Shown: positions 29,960 to 40,839, counted from the first letter of the stretch. The stretch: DNA of 62,181 nt from Oscillospiraceae bacterium (GCA_051882055.1 JBJERB010000025.1:15740-77920), one strand, 5' to 3'. The notes: generated by a model not told the origin, from the sequence alone. Numbers and translations: made by a program.

Positions 29960-30694
29960 CTATTTCCCTTTTGAAATTGCTGTCCTTATTGCACGGAGTT
30001 CATCGGGTTTAAGTTCTCTGTATTCTCCCGGCTGAAGCATACCCAAACGGAGAGGACCTATTGAAGTCCTTTTTAATCTGGCAACTTCAAGTCCTACTTC
30101 CTCACACATTTTTCTTATCTGTCTGTTTCTGCCTTCATGGATGGTGATCTGCAATACCACTCTTCCCGGCTGTTTGTCAAGAACAATCACTGTTGCCGGC
30201 TGAGTTTTTCTTCCGTCTATTACTATACCCTCAGAAAGCTGAACAAGCTGTTCGTCATTAATATCCGGACGAACCGTCACACGATAAGTTTTTGAAATAT
30301 GATGAGAGGGATGCATAATCTCATTTGCAAAATTCCCGTCGTTGGTAAAAAGCAATAATCCCTCTGAATTCTTGTCAAGACGACCGATAGGATATACCCT
30401 GTCCGGAAAATCAGAAATCAAATCGGTAACGCATTTGCGGTCAAATTCATCATTCATTGTAGTCACATATCCTCTGGGCTTATGTAACATAATATAATGC
30501 AATTCTTTTCTTTTAGAGGTTCTTATTTGCTCACCGTCAACGGTAATTAAATCTTTATTAGGCAACGCCTTGTCTCCTAATTTGCAAAGTCTTCCGTTTA
30601 CCTTAACTCTGCCCTGAGAAATAAATTCCTCGGCTTTTCTACGGGAGCAAAAACCGCTGTCCGCAATAATTTTCTGAATCCTGATTTTCTCCAT
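29960..30694 (-). CDS. rluB: rRNA pseudouridine synthase, RluB/RsuA family
   Basis: S4 domain SRRKAE, GRLDKNSEGLLL, EGRNRQIRKM; in the scpAB context. Confidence 0.85.
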   Translation of the reverse strand: MEKIRIQKIIADSGFCSRRKAEEFISQGRVKVNGRLCKLGDKALPNKDLITVDGEQIRTSKRKELHYIMLHKPRGYVTTMNDEFDRKCVTDLISDFPDRVYPIGRLDKNSEGLLLFTNDGNFANEIMHPSHHISKTYRVTVRPDINDEQLVQLSEGIVIDGRKTQPATVIVLDKQPGRVVLQITIHEGRNRQIRKMCEEVGLEVARLKRTSIGPLRLGMLQPGEYRELKPDELRAIRTAISKGK

Positions 30695-30763
30695 AACATT
30701 CACCTTTCTCAATGCTTCACAGCATAAATAATTATGTAAAAGGGGAGAAATCCCCTTTTTTGA

Positions 30764-31903
30764 TTAACTAAAGCATAATTTAATCTTATCTAAAAATTTA
30801 GAAAAGAAGCTTTTTTCTATAGCCTTAATTCCATTTACAGATTGTACCGTATAAATAGGTTCTTCGTGAATAAGCTCATCATTTATATAGTATTTAACGC
30901 TTCCTACATTGACGTTTTCAGCAACGGGAGCGTATAAAAAATGGTTTAAATGCACTTCGGTTTTTACATTCTCTGCTAAGCCTTTCAGCATATTTAAAGA
31001 TACATTTTTCGTTCTGCATTTAACTGTTTCACTGTTTCCGCCTACAACATTGACGTTAAAATCGGAGCTTTCCAAAGGAAGAGCTTGTTTTTTATACATT
31101 TCAAATCCGTAATCGTATAGTCTTGAATGATCAAGCCAGTCGTCAGGATCATTCAGAGTGACACAAATCAAAGTCCCTCCGTCCCTTTCACAAGCCGACA
31201 CAAGACATCTCCTGGCTTTATCGGTAAACCCAGTTTTTACTCCAATAACACCCTCGCAGGAATTAAGAAGCTTATTTGAATTTGTGAGCCAGCGTTCATA
31301 AGGAGGATTACCAAATTTGACTTTGGCGGTAAATTTACCGCATATTTCTCTGAAATCGGAATTTTTTAAAGCTTCCCTTGTTAAAACCGCCATATCATAA
31401 GCAGTTGAGTAATGCTCCTCCGTATTTTCGTCAAGGCCGGAAGGTGTAACAAAATGTGTTGACGTTAATCCCAATTCCACAGCCCGCTCATTCATAAGCT
31501 CAACAAATGCGTCTACAGAACCGCTTATTCTTACCGCAGCTGCGTTGGCTGCGTCATTTCCGCTGGGCAAAAGCATTCCGTAAATAAGCGTACGCATTGT
31601 CACAATATCGCCCTCTTTAAGCCCCATGGACGAGCCTTCAACTTTGATGGCGTCTTTATCAACTACAAACTCCTCATCAAGATCTCCGCCGAATTCCAAT
31701 GCAAGCATAGCAGACATTATTTTTGTAGTACTTGCCATTGGCAATTTTGCTTTTGAATTCTTCTCATAAAGCACTTCTCCGGTAAGATTGTCCATAAGTA
31801 TTACGCCTTTAGCGGATACATCGGGAGCATTTGTCGCAGATACATTAAACGATAACATAGACAACGAAAGAGCAACCGCAGTAAGCAATCCAATTTTTTT
31901 CAA
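30764..31903 (-). CDS. dacB: D-alanyl-D-alanine carboxypeptidase (DacB-like)
   Basis: ASTTK, SGN, KTG motifs; signal peptide; next to ytfIJ. Confidence 0.8.
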   Translation of the reverse strand: MKKIGLLTAVALSLSMLSFNVSATNAPDVSAKGVILMDNLTGEVLYEKNSKAKLPMASTTKIMSAMLALEFGGDLDEEFVVDKDAIKVEGSSMGLKEGDIVTMRTLIYGMLLPSGNDAANAAAVRISGSVDAFVELMNERAVELGLTSTHFVTPSGLDENTEEHYSTAYDMAVLTREALKNSDFREICGKFTAKVKFGNPPYERWLTNSNKLLNSCEGVIGVKTGFTDKARRCLVSACERDGGTLICVTLNDPDDWLDHSRLYDYGFEMYKKQALPLESSDFNVNVVGGNSETVKCRTKNVSLNMLKGLAENVKTEVHLNHFLYAPVAENVNVGSVKYYINDELIHEEPIYTVQSVNGIKAIEKSFFSKFLDKIKLCFS

Positions 31904-31969
31904 TTATCACACATCCTTTTTTATTTATAATGTGCGGTAAAACGGATTTAATTCTGAATTTTTAAAAAA

Positions 31970-32362
31970 TTATTCCTCAGATTTATCCTTGCCGGTTTTT
32001 TTGTCGATAAAATCTATAACTTTGTCAACAACGTCAGGAACAACATTTACAACTGCATTTTCGTAAGGAGTGTTTGTTGTCATCTGCAAAAGCTTTGTTT
32101 CGCCGTTATGAACGGCAATAAACGCAACAGGACTGATTGTTACTCCTGCTCCGGAACCGCCGCCGAACTGGTCTTTAGGGCTTTTGGTAGGCAGGTCAGA
32201 TCCGCCCGAGGCAAATCCAAAGGAAACCTTTGAAATCGGGATAATAGTTGTACCGTCCGCTGTAACGATAGGTTTGCCCACTACAGTTTCACAGTCAACC
32301 ATTTCATGGATTTTTTCCATTGCCGTTTTTACCAAGCTTTCAAGTTTTGCATTCTCACTCAT
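31970..32362 (-). CDS. ytfJ: GerW/YtfJ sporulation protein
   Basis: IIPISKVSFGFASGG, FGGGSGAG. Confidence 0.9.
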   Translation of the reverse strand: MSENAKLESLVKTAMEKIHEMVDCETVVGKPIVTADGTTIIPISKVSFGFASGGSDLPTKSPKDQFGGGSGAGVTISPVAFIAVHNGETKLLQMTTNTPYENAVVNVVPDVVDKVIDFIDKKTGKDKSEE

Positions 32363-32363
32363 T

Positions 32364-33254
32364 TTACTGTACCTCCAGTTTATCTTCAATTTTTATTTCT
32401 TTTGTTTCATGGGATTTTCTTAGCCTTTTTTGCTTTAAATAAACAATACCAAAATTAACTCCGACGCAAAAAGCTATTGCTATCATAGCACTGGGACGAA
32501 CCCTAATAAAACATTCGCCCTCGCCGTCTATGGTATTTTTAACAAAAACGCAATTAACGTCTGCTTTTCTTATTTTCACGGTAAAAGCATTAGCTAATTC
32601 TCCCAAAGTATTAAACAATATGCCTTGAACTGTTCCATAATAAATTGCCGCTTCATGGGCGTCTTCCCTGCCTACTTCTACATTAATTTTCAGATCTGTT
32701 ATACGTATTGTTTTGAGCAGTTTTTTAAAATATTTCCACCCCATAGGCAGATATGGCTTGATTTTATAATATTTTTCTTTAAATTCGGAAAATTTGCTTT
32801 CTTTTTTGATGTCTGTTTTGTTATTTTTTCTCTTTGATTTTTCATTATGCTTTATTGAAGAGGATTTATCATTATTTTCATCATAAGATGTATTTTTAGG
32901 ATTTTCAATGGTAGTATTAATACTTTCACTTACAAAATCTGAATTATCTTCAAACTCTGTATTTATATCTTCTGTGTTTTCAGAAATGATTTCACTGCTG
33001 AAATCATCGTCTATATTATCCGTAAATTCTTTTTTCTTTTTATTTTTAAGCTTTTGGGGTTTTACCTTAGTTCTTTTGATTTTTTCTTTTTTAGGCTTTC
33101 GTGGATAAAGATTGATAAACAAATACTTTACCTTAATTTCAAAGCCTTCATCATCAAATTTCAAATATGCTCTGACCGAAAAATGCAGAATTATGACAAC
33201 AGCAGCAATTATCGAAATAAATATCCATAATACAATAATTGTCATCATCTCCAT
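32364..33254 (-). CDS. DUF2953 (YtfI-like) protein
   Basis: N-terminal TM, DAHEAAIYYG; upstream of ytfJ; exact start uncertain. Confidence 0.75.
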   Translation of the reverse strand: MEMMTIIVLWIFISIIAAVVIILHFSVRAYLKFDDEGFEIKVKYLFINLYPRKPKKEKIKRTKVKPQKLKNKKKKEFTDNIDDDFSSEIISENTEDINTEFEDNSDFVSESINTTIENPKNTSYDENNDKSSSIKHNEKSKRKNNKTDIKKESKFSEFKEKYYKIKPYLPMGWKYFKKLLKTIRITDLKINVEVGREDAHEAAIYYGTVQGILFNTLGELANAFTVKIRKADVNCVFVKNTIDGEGECFIRVRPSAMIAIAFCVGVNFGIVYLKQKRLRKSHETKEIKIEDKLEVQ

Positions 33255-33271
33255 TCGGAAGAAATACGTCT

Positions 33272-33835
33272 TTAATCAACAGATTGTTCAGGATCTGTAA
33301 TATCGTCAATGGTAATCTGCTCCTGTTTTTCGGGAATGGGAGGCAAATCTCCCAAACCGGTGAGCTGAAAACTTCTCAGAAAATTATCGGTAGTTTTATA
33401 TGCAATAGGTCTGCCCGGCAAATCAAGTCTTCCGGCTTCTACAAGAAGACCTTTTTCAACCAGTGAATTAACAACACCCGAAGAATCCACTCCTCTGACG
33501 TGTTCAACAAAACTCTTTGTTACCGGCTGATTATATGCAACAACTGCAAGCACTTCCATAGCCGCAGAAGAAAGAGCCGTATTCTTTTTTATTTCCAGAG
33601 CAGTTTTTACAAACGGAGCATATTCTTTCTTTGCGGCAAGCTGATAGGAAGAATTAAGTTTTAGCAATTCTATACCGCTGTCCGCCACATCATATTTCTG
33701 TTGAAGCATTTCCAAAAGCTCAAGGGCTTCACTTTCAGTTATTTCAAGTGACAAGCACAGCTTATCAAGTTCGACAGGATCTCCTCCCGCAAAAAGAATG
33801 GCTTCCAATGCAGGCAATTTTTCTCTTATGTTCAT
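33272..33835 (-). CDS. scpB: SMC-Scp complex subunit ScpB
   Basis: LEAILFA, LSSAAMEVLAVVAYNQPVT, GRPIAYKTT. Confidence 0.95.
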   Translation of the reverse strand: MNIREKLPALEAILFAGGDPVELDKLCLSLEITESEALELLEMLQQKYDVADSGIELLKLNSSYQLAAKKEYAPFVKTALEIKKNTALSSAAMEVLAVVAYNQPVTKSFVEHVRGVDSSGVVNSLVEKGLLVEAGRLDLPGRPIAYKTTDNFLRSFQLTGLGDLPPIPEKQEQITIDDITDPEQSVD

Positions 33836-33870
33836 ATATTGTTCCTTTTCTCCCAGTTTATTCATAATGA

Positions 33871-34974
33871 TTATCCGTAACGCCAATAATTACATCTGTT
33901 ATCGTTTCCCACAGAACTATAGCCCCAGTAATATTTTCTCCTGTTCCAATAATTCGGCTTAAACACATCAATAACATATTCCTGAGACTTTATTTTTTCA
34001 ACAGTTGGCTCATCAAAGGTTAAATTATCCGTTTCTCCACAGTCAACGGACAATAATTCCAAATCGTTTTCATCCGAATGAACAATCTCCGGAGGACAGC
34101 TTATAACATGTTCGCTGTAAACCCTCTCAGTGGACACCTTCACCACTGATTTTGAAGAAGTGTTATCCGCTTGAATATCTTCATTATCTGAAGTGATATA
34201 TTTTCTGTTTTCCTTCGGATTATCAATATTATCAGGCTGTTTTACTTTAATTTCTTCGTTTTCAACGCTATTATTTTTTTCTTTTCTGATAAATCTGATT
34301 TCGGAATTATCTTCATTTATGTATATTCTGCCCGACTTAGTCAATTCCAAGACTGCAAGAAAGGTTGCAACCTTTTCAGACTTATCGGTTACTCCCTCAT
34401 AAAGATCGGACATATTATAGACTCCGGTTTTATAGAGCTTTTTAAGCACAAAGATAATTTTAGATGTAACCGAAACTATTTTATGTGATACTATGGGTGA
34501 AAAAATTTCCGCACGGAGAGGCCGGCTGTTTCTGCTCTTTGCCGATATACCCATATATGCGTTATACAAAACCTCAGGTTCATGGACTCTTGTATAGGTT
34601 TTATCAATTATTACAGCTACGGGATTTCTAACGAAAATGTCATTTCCCACATAGAGATTTTTCAGATCTTCCGCAGCTTTTTTACATATTGAATATTCTA
34701 TGATCTGCCCCTGAAGATCTCTCTTAAGTTCTTCGGCTTCTTCCGGCTGAGGCAGCAGCGACATGGTTTTAATATAAATAAGACGAGCCGCCATTTCAAG
34801 AAATTCACCTGCAGACTCATAATCCTGCTCGTCAAGCTGATTCATATATTCAAGATACTGATCAAGCAGCAAAGATATTTCGATATCGCAAATATTCAGT
34901 TTATGTTTTGATATAAGGTGCAAAAGCAAGTCAAGAGGTCCCTGAAAAGCGTCAAGTTTAAACTGAACAGCCAT
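33871..34974 (-). CDS. scpA: Segregation/condensation kleisin ScpA with C-terminal extension
   Basis: FQGPLDLLLHLI, FLEMAARL, TFLAVLEL. Confidence 0.92.
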   Translation of the reverse strand: MAVQFKLDAFQGPLDLLLHLISKHKLNICDIEISLLLDQYLEYMNQLDEQDYESAGEFLEMAARLIYIKTMSLLPQPEEAEELKRDLQGQIIEYSICKKAAEDLKNLYVGNDIFVRNPVAVIIDKTYTRVHEPEVLYNAYMGISAKSRNSRPLRAEIFSPIVSHKIVSVTSKIIFVLKKLYKTGVYNMSDLYEGVTDKSEKVATFLAVLELTKSGRIYINEDNSEIRFIRKEKNNSVENEEIKVKQPDNIDNPKENRKYITSDNEDIQADNTSSKSVVKVSTERVYSEHVISCPPEIVHSDENDLELLSVDCGETDNLTFDEPTVEKIKSQEYVIDVFKPNYWNRRKYYWGYSSVGNDNRCNYWRYG

Positions 34975-34976
34975 AT

Positions 34977-35639
34977 TTACCTCGCAATCAGGTTAGCTAT
35001 CGGATCAACCCAGAATGTAATTATATCCATTAATTTAAACATGCGATTCTGAAGCCAATTAAGAGGAGCATTGAGTATAGGGGAAAATACCAGTACAATG
35101 AAAGCAATTGAAATAACCATTTGATACTGTGCTATAAATCTATCAAATTTAGGTCCGGTAAAATAAGACATTATTTTGGAACCGTCAAGTGGCGGAATAG
35201 GAAGCAAATTGAATACTGCAAGCCCCACATTTACTGCAACAAAATATTGAAGTATAATAACAAGCCAATAAAGACCGTCCGTCGGATTATTAAAGTAAAA
35301 CGGACAAACAAGCTTATATACTATCATGCCCAATAAAGCAACAATAAGATTTGATATAGGACCTGCCGCTGCCGTAAGAGCCATTCCCTTGCGGTATTTT
35401 TTGAAATTAATAGGATTGACTTGAACTGGACGTCCCCAGCCAAATCCGGTTAATACCATACAAATTGCACCCAGCGGATCAATATGTGCCAACGGATTCA
35501 AGGTAAGTCTGCCCTGATAACGGGGAGTATTATCACCTAATTTAGTAGCACTCCAAGCGTGTGCATATTCATGTATAGGTATTACCATAAAAAGAACAAT
35601 CAAATTAACTCCGATTTTCATAATCGACTGAACGTTCAT
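34977..35639 (-). CDS. Site-2 protease (M50) family
   Basis: HEYAH, AAGPISN, FNLLPIPPLDG. Confidence 0.92.
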   Translation of the reverse strand: MNVQSIMKIGVNLIVLFMVIPIHEYAHAWSATKLGDNTPRYQGRLTLNPLAHIDPLGAICMVLTGFGWGRPVQVNPINFKKYRKGMALTAAAGPISNLIVALLGMIVYKLVCPFYFNNPTDGLYWLVIILQYFVAVNVGLAVFNLLPIPPLDGSKIMSYFTGPKFDRFIAQYQMVISIAFIVLVFSPILNAPLNWLQNRMFKLMDIITFWVDPIANLIAR

Positions 35640-35967
35640 TAAAAATGCCTCCATTATTATGTTCTGTTTTTATTTCAAAAATATATACATTTACATTATA
35701 CACTATTAAAACCAAAAATTCAAGGATTATTTTATTACAATAGTTTATATCAAAAAATCAGGCTGATATCAAACTGATACCGCTTTTTGCTTGACAATTT
35801 ACGTTAAATATGAGATAATTAAATGAAAATAATTTCTCGAAAGGACGCTTTTTGATGTTATATAACTTAAAAAACAATATATTCGTTCCTTTTGATAAAT
35901 TACCCGGCGTTCGAGTCTGAATTTAAAATCACGGGATAATTTTATTTGAAAGGAATGTTATATTATT

Positions 35968-38589
35968 ATGAAAAAAGAGCTTTCAAAGCTTTACGAACCC
36001 TCAGAAGTTGAGGATAAGATCTACAAATATTGGACTGACAACAAATGCTTTCATGCAGAAAGGGATTCACAAAAAGAGCCATATACTATTGTAATCCCTC
36101 CTCCTAACATTACAGGACAGCTACACATGGGACATGCTCTTGACAACACTCTCCAGGATATTCTTATCCGCTGGAAGAGAATGTCCGGTTACTGCACTTT
36201 ATGGATACCGGGTACAGACCATGCTTCTATTGCAACAGAAGCTAAAATCGTTGAAGCAATGCGTAAGGAAGGACTTACAAAAGACGATATCGGCAGAGAA
36301 AAATTCCTTGAGCGTGCATGGGACTGGAAAAAACAATACGGCGGACGAATTGTTGAACAGCTGAAAAAACTTGGTTCATCCTGCGACTGGGACAGAGAAC
36401 GTTTCACCATGGACGAAGGCTGTTCAAAAGCGGTCAAGGAAGTATTTGTAAAGTATTACGACAAGGGACTTATTTACAGAGGAGAAAGAATTATCAACTG
36501 GTGTCCGCACTGCCGAACATCAATTTCAAATGCAGAAGTTGAATACGAGGATCAAGCAGGCCATTTCTGGCATCTCAGATATCCGCTGACCGACGGTTCG
36601 GGATATGTTGAGCTTGCAACCACTCGTCCCGAAACATTGCTGGGCGATACTGCCGTTGCCGTAAATCCAAAGGACGAAAGATATCAGGATATTATCGGAA
36701 AAACAGTTACTCTGCCTTTGGTAGGTTGTGAAATCCCGGTTGTTGCAGACAGCTATGTAGACATGGAATTCGGCACAGGTGTTGTTAAAATCACTCCTGC
36801 TCACGATCCTAACGACTTTGAAGTAGGAGCAAGACACAATCTGCCAATTATAAATGTAATGACCGAGGACGCTAAGATAGTAAACGACTATCCTGAATAT
36901 GCAGGTCTTGACAGATACGAAGCCCGCAAGAAAATAGTTGAAGATCTTGAAAAAGGCGGTTTCTTGGTTAAAGTTGAAGATCACGAACACAATGTAGGAA
37001 CCTGCTATCGATGCGGAACTACAGTTGAACCCAGGGTTTCCCTTCAGTGGTTTGTAAAAATGAAAGAGCTTGCAAAGCCTGCTATCGAAGCAGTTAAAAA
37101 CGGCAATATAAAATTTGTGCCAAAGCGTTTTGAGAAAAACTATCTCCACTGGATGGAGGACATCAGAGACTGGTGCATTTCACGTCAGCTCTGGTGGGGA
37201 CATCAGATCCCTGCTTTTTACTGCGACGACTGCGGTGAAACAATTGTAACAAAAGAAGACCATGCAGTTTGTCCGAAATGCGGAAAAGAAATGAGGCAGG
37301 ATCCCGATACCCTCGACACATGGTTCTCATCTGCTTTATGGCCGTTTTCAACTTTAGGCTGGCCGGACAAGAATCCTGACCTTGATTATTTCTATCCCAC
37401 AAGCACTCTCGTAACCGGATATGACATTATCCCGTTCTGGGTTTCAAGAATGATCGTTGCAGGCCTCGAAAACATGAACGAAAAGCCTTTTGATACTGTT
37501 CTTATTCACGGTCTTGTTAGAGATTCGCAGGGCAGAAAAATGTCCAAATCCCTTGGCAACGGCATTGATCCCCTGGAGATTATCGACAATTACGGTGCCG
37601 ACGCATTGCGTTTCATGCTGGCAACGGGCAATGCACCCGGAAACGACATGAGATTTATTGAAGAGAAGGTAAAGGCAAGCCGTAATTTTGCAAACAAGGT
37701 CTGGAACGCTGCAAGATATATAATGATGAATCTACCCGAAGATTTTAATGCTGATAAGCTTCCCGAAAACCTTAATGTTGAAGATAAGTGGGTAATTTCT
37801 AAATTCAATACCCTTGCTAAGGTAGTAAATGAAAATCTCGAGAAATTTGAGCTTGGCGTTGCGGTACAGAATCTATACGATTTTATATGGGACGTTTACT
37901 GCGACTGGTACATTGAGCTTACAAAGCCCAGAATTGCCGCAGGCGGAGAAACAGCTATCACTGCACAGACCGTACTTGTATGGGTAATGAAAGGAATGCT
38001 GAAGCTTTTACATCCGTTTATGCCGTTTATCACAGAGGAAATCTGGCAGGCACTTGTAAACGACGGCACCTCAATAATGCTGAACATCTTCCCTGTTTAT
38101 GATGAATCGTTGTCATATACTGAGGACGAAGTTAAATTTGAAAAGATAATTGAAGCAATCAAAGGTATTCGTGCCACAAGGAACGGAATGAACGTTCCTC
38201 CGTCGGTAAAAGCCAAGGTTTACATTGAAACTTCGGAGCAGGATATTTTCAATTCCGGCGTTATGTTCTTTGAACGACTTGCTTCCGCATCGGAAGTTGA
38301 CATAGCCGACAAATGGGATATACCCGACTCTGTGACAGTTGTAACAGACTGTGCAAGAATTTTTATTCCTCTATCTGACATTATTGATGTTGAAAAGGAA
38401 TTAGCTCGTCTTGACAAGGAAAAGAAAGCCGTACAAAAAGACCTTGATTTTCTTAACGGTAAGCTGAACAATCAGGGCTTCCTTGCAAAAGCTCCCGAAA
38501 AGCTGATAGAAGCCGAAAAGGCAAAACTTGCAAAAGCACAGGAAAAAATGGCTAAAATCGAAGAGTCTATTGCAGCTTTGAAAAAATAG
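35968..38589 (+). CDS. valS: Valine--tRNA ligase
   Basis: PPPNITGQLHMGH, WCISRQLWWGH, KMSKS, C-terminal coiled coil. Confidence 0.98.
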   Translation: MKKELSKLYEPSEVEDKIYKYWTDNKCFHAERDSQKEPYTIVIPPPNITGQLHMGHALDNTLQDILIRWKRMSGYCTLWIPGTDHASIATEAKIVEAMRKEGLTKDDIGREKFLERAWDWKKQYGGRIVEQLKKLGSSCDWDRERFTMDEGCSKAVKEVFVKYYDKGLIYRGERIINWCPHCRTSISNAEVEYEDQAGHFWHLRYPLTDGSGYVELATTRPETLLGDTAVAVNPKDERYQDIIGKTVTLPLVGCEIPVVADSYVDMEFGTGVVKITPAHDPNDFEVGARHNLPIINVMTEDAKIVNDYPEYAGLDRYEARKKIVEDLEKGGFLVKVEDHEHNVGTCYRCGTTVEPRVSLQWFVKMKELAKPAIEAVKNGNIKFVPKRFEKNYLHWMEDIRDWCISRQLWWGHQIPAFYCDDCGETIVTKEDHAVCPKCGKEMRQDPDTLDTWFSSALWPFSTLGWPDKNPDLDYFYPTSTLVTGYDIIPFWVSRMIVAGLENMNEKPFDTVLIHGLVRDSQGRKMSKSLGNGIDPLEIIDNYGADALRFMLATGNAPGNDMRFIEEKVKASRNFANKVWNAARYIMMNLPEDFNADKLPENLNVEDKWVISKFNTLAKVVNENLEKFELGVAVQNLYDFIWDVYCDWYIELTKPRIAAGGETAITAQTVLVWVMKGMLKLLHPFMPFITEEIWQALVNDGTSIMLNIFPVYDESLSYTEDEVKFEKIIEAIKGIRATRNGMNVPPSVKAKVYIETSEQDIFNSGVMFFERLASASEVDIADKWDIPDSVTVVTDCARIFIPLSDIIDVEKELARLDKEKKAVQKDLDFLNGKLNNQGFLAKAPEKLIEAEKAKLAKAQEKMAKIEESIAALKK

Positions 38590-38595
38590 TAACAC

Positions 38596-38626
38596 AAAAA
38601 AGGCTATCTCAACTGAGATAGCCTTT
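38596..38626. terminator. Bidirectional terminator
   Basis: AAAGGCTATCTC / GAGATAGCCTTT between convergent genes. Confidence 0.8.
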
Positions 38627-38638
38627 ATATTTATGTGA

Positions 38639-39190
38639 TTATTTATTCTTATACATTATTTTTGTCTTGATATCTACATTATCATAGCCCCATTTAAATG
38701 AAATTCCTGTAGACACGAGATAAAATAAAGGTGCAAACAGCATCATTATATACAATGCCGGTAATGCTTCACTTACATATGCCGAGTGTGCAGTCAAATC
38801 AATCAAAGGAAAAAAGCAGGCATTGAGAATCTTATATACAGGCAGGAAATTACCTATCAGCCCACTTTTTGAAAGCATAAGTATTCCCAACAGGACATAG
38901 CTGGGAGTCATGGCCACCGCACCAAGTGTATAACCGAAATTTCTGCAAGGCTCAGCACCGTGAAGTCTGACCTTATTTCTGCACTGCTCTCCCACTTTAA
39001 GCCCGAAATCCGCCATTAAGCACACAAGCATGAGTATTCCGATAATACCGAAAATAAAATTTGCAGTCTTACCCAGCGACACTGAAAAAGCCCAGAAGAA
39101 CAAGAAAGTAAAAAGTCCGAAAAACTCAGTTTCAAGAACTTTCAACAAGGTTTTTCCGATATATTTTTTCTTATCAATTTTATTGTCCAT
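38639..39190 (-). CDS. Hypothetical multi-pass membrane protein
   Basis: 183-aa hydrophobic ORF with RBS AGGAG. Confidence 0.7.
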   Translation of the reverse strand: MDNKIDKKKYIGKTLLKVLETEFFGLFTFLFFWAFSVSLGKTANFIFGIIGILMLVCLMADFGLKVGEQCRNKVRLHGAEPCRNFGYTLGAVAMTPSYVLLGILMLSKSGLIGNFLPVYKILNACFFPLIDLTAHSAYVSEALPALYIMMLFAPLFYLVSTGISFKWGYDNVDIKTKIMYKNK

Positions 39191-39397
39191 GATAAATGCT
39201 CCTATTTTAAATTTTTATAATTATAACACGTTTTATCTTATTTTTCAACTAAAAATTTATTACGGTTGTAAAAAACAAATAACTGTGCTATAATTGACAT
39301 AGCTAAATGGCTTATTGAAAATATAGAAATATATGTATCGGTTTGAGATATGATTTTATAAAATACAAAAGACCCTATTTAAAAGGAATGATAGTAA

Positions 39398-40132
39398 ATG
39401 AGAAACACAGTATTTGTAACCGGCGGTTCGGGGGGAATAGGAAGCGAGATTTGCCGTGAATTCGGAAAACTGGGATATCCTGTTGCAATCGGATACAACA
39501 CAAATAAAAAATCAGCAGAACTTATTGCTGAAGAAATAACTGCCTCCAATGGTATAGCAATGGCTGTCAAATGTGATGTTTCCAACATTCAAAGCATTAA
39601 CAATGCTATAAATATTATAAAAGATAATCTCGGTGATGTTGAGATTTTAGTAAATAATGCAGGTACGGCAAACATAAACCTGTTTACTTCCCTAACCACT
39701 GAAGAAATATATGACTTAATTAATACAAACCTGATCGGTGCTATGCTTTGTTCAAAAGCGGTACTTCCCCACATGATAAACCGCAAGCACGGTAAAATAA
39801 TAAACATTACATCTGTTTGGGGTGAAGTCGGAGCATCATGCGAAACGGTTTACTCCGCAGCCAAAGCAGGACTTATCGGCTTCACAAAAGCACTGGGCAA
39901 AGAGGTCGCTCCCAGCGGAATAAATGTGAATGCTATTTCTGCCGGATTGATTGACACGCCCATGAACGATAATTTATCAACTGATGATATTTCCGAAATC
40001 ATAAATGAGATTCCTGCAAACAGGATCGGGCAGCCCAAAGACATTGCAAAGGCTGTTATGTTCTTGGCGTCTGAAAGTGCAGACTATATATGCGGACAAA
40101 TTATACGTGTAGACGGTGGCTGGCAGGGTTAA
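39398..40132 (+). CDS. SDR oxidoreductase, FabG/YmfI-like
   Basis: TGGSGGIG, NNAG, VWGEVGASCETVYSAAK (YmfI-like segment). Confidence 0.85.
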   Translation: MRNTVFVTGGSGGIGSEICREFGKLGYPVAIGYNTNKKSAELIAEEITASNGIAMAVKCDVSNIQSINNAINIIKDNLGDVEILVNNAGTANINLFTSLTTEEIYDLINTNLIGAMLCSKAVLPHMINRKHGKIINITSVWGEVGASCETVYSAAKAGLIGFTKALGKEVAPSGINVNAISAGLIDTPMNDNLSTDDISEIINEIPANRIGQPKDIAKAVMFLASESADYICGQIIRVDGGWQG

Positions 40133-40821
40133 AGTCTAACCTCAACAGGATTATTAAGCTGAATACTATCGGGAGTTACAATGCTGTCAAAGGCAAGAAT
40201 TGTGACTCCTTTATTTTGTGCCTGTTTTAACGCATCGCCGAATTCCTTATGAGTTTCATTATTTGGGGTAAAATATTTAATATTATTCATTTGTATCAAG
40301 AAAACTACATACGCATCAAATCCCGATTCCACACATTTTATAAGTTCCATGATATGCTTAACCCCACGCTGAGTAGGTGCGTCGGGGAACATACATACGC
40401 CGTCTTTTTCAAGTGTACAGCCTTTCACCTCCACATAAGCCTTTCTATCTGCATTTTCCGACTCTACGTAAAAATCGAACCTTGAATTAAAAAAGGTGCT
40501 TTCGGGTTTAACCACAGGATTCTTACCTAAAAAAGCCCCTGATTTTATCCATTCTTCAACTGCTCTGTTGGGAATCTGACTATCCATATTAATCAGTCGG
40601 TCGCCTTTTTTGACTGCAACAAGATCATATTTTGTTTTTCGGTTAATATTATCGGACTTTTCAAGATAAACCGTTGCTCCCTGCAAAAGAAGCTCACGAC
40701 ATCTGCCGGTATTCTTTACATGGCAGACTGTGGTTTTTCCGTCAATCTCAACATTGGCAATGAATCTGTTAGGACGTGATTTAAACACACCCTGACAGAT
40801 ATTTTTATACTTTACGGACAT
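40129..40821 (-). CDS. sfsA: DNA/RNA nuclease SfsA
   Basis: RPNRF, HVKNTGRCRELL, SRFDF, EVKG, FPDAPTQRG. Confidence 0.93.
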   Translation of the reverse strand: MSVKYKNICQGVFKSRPNRFIANVEIDGKTTVCHVKNTGRCRELLLQGATVYLEKSDNINRKTKYDLVAVKKGDRLINMDSQIPNRAVEEWIKSGAFLGKNPVVKPESTFFNSRFDFYVESENADRKAYVEVKGCTLEKDGVCMFPDAPTQRGVKHIMELIKCVESGFDAYVVFLIQMNNIKYFTPNNETHKEFGDALKQAQNKGVTILAFDSIVTPDSIQLNNPVEVRL

Positions 40822-40839
40822 GTTTTTACCTTTCTCAAA

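Noticed and set aside
36526-37149. 207-aa minus-strand ORF, and the many other short ORFs nested in or antisense to housekeeping genes
   Set aside because: Shadows of valS and other well-supported CDSs, with no RBS or family motifs noted.
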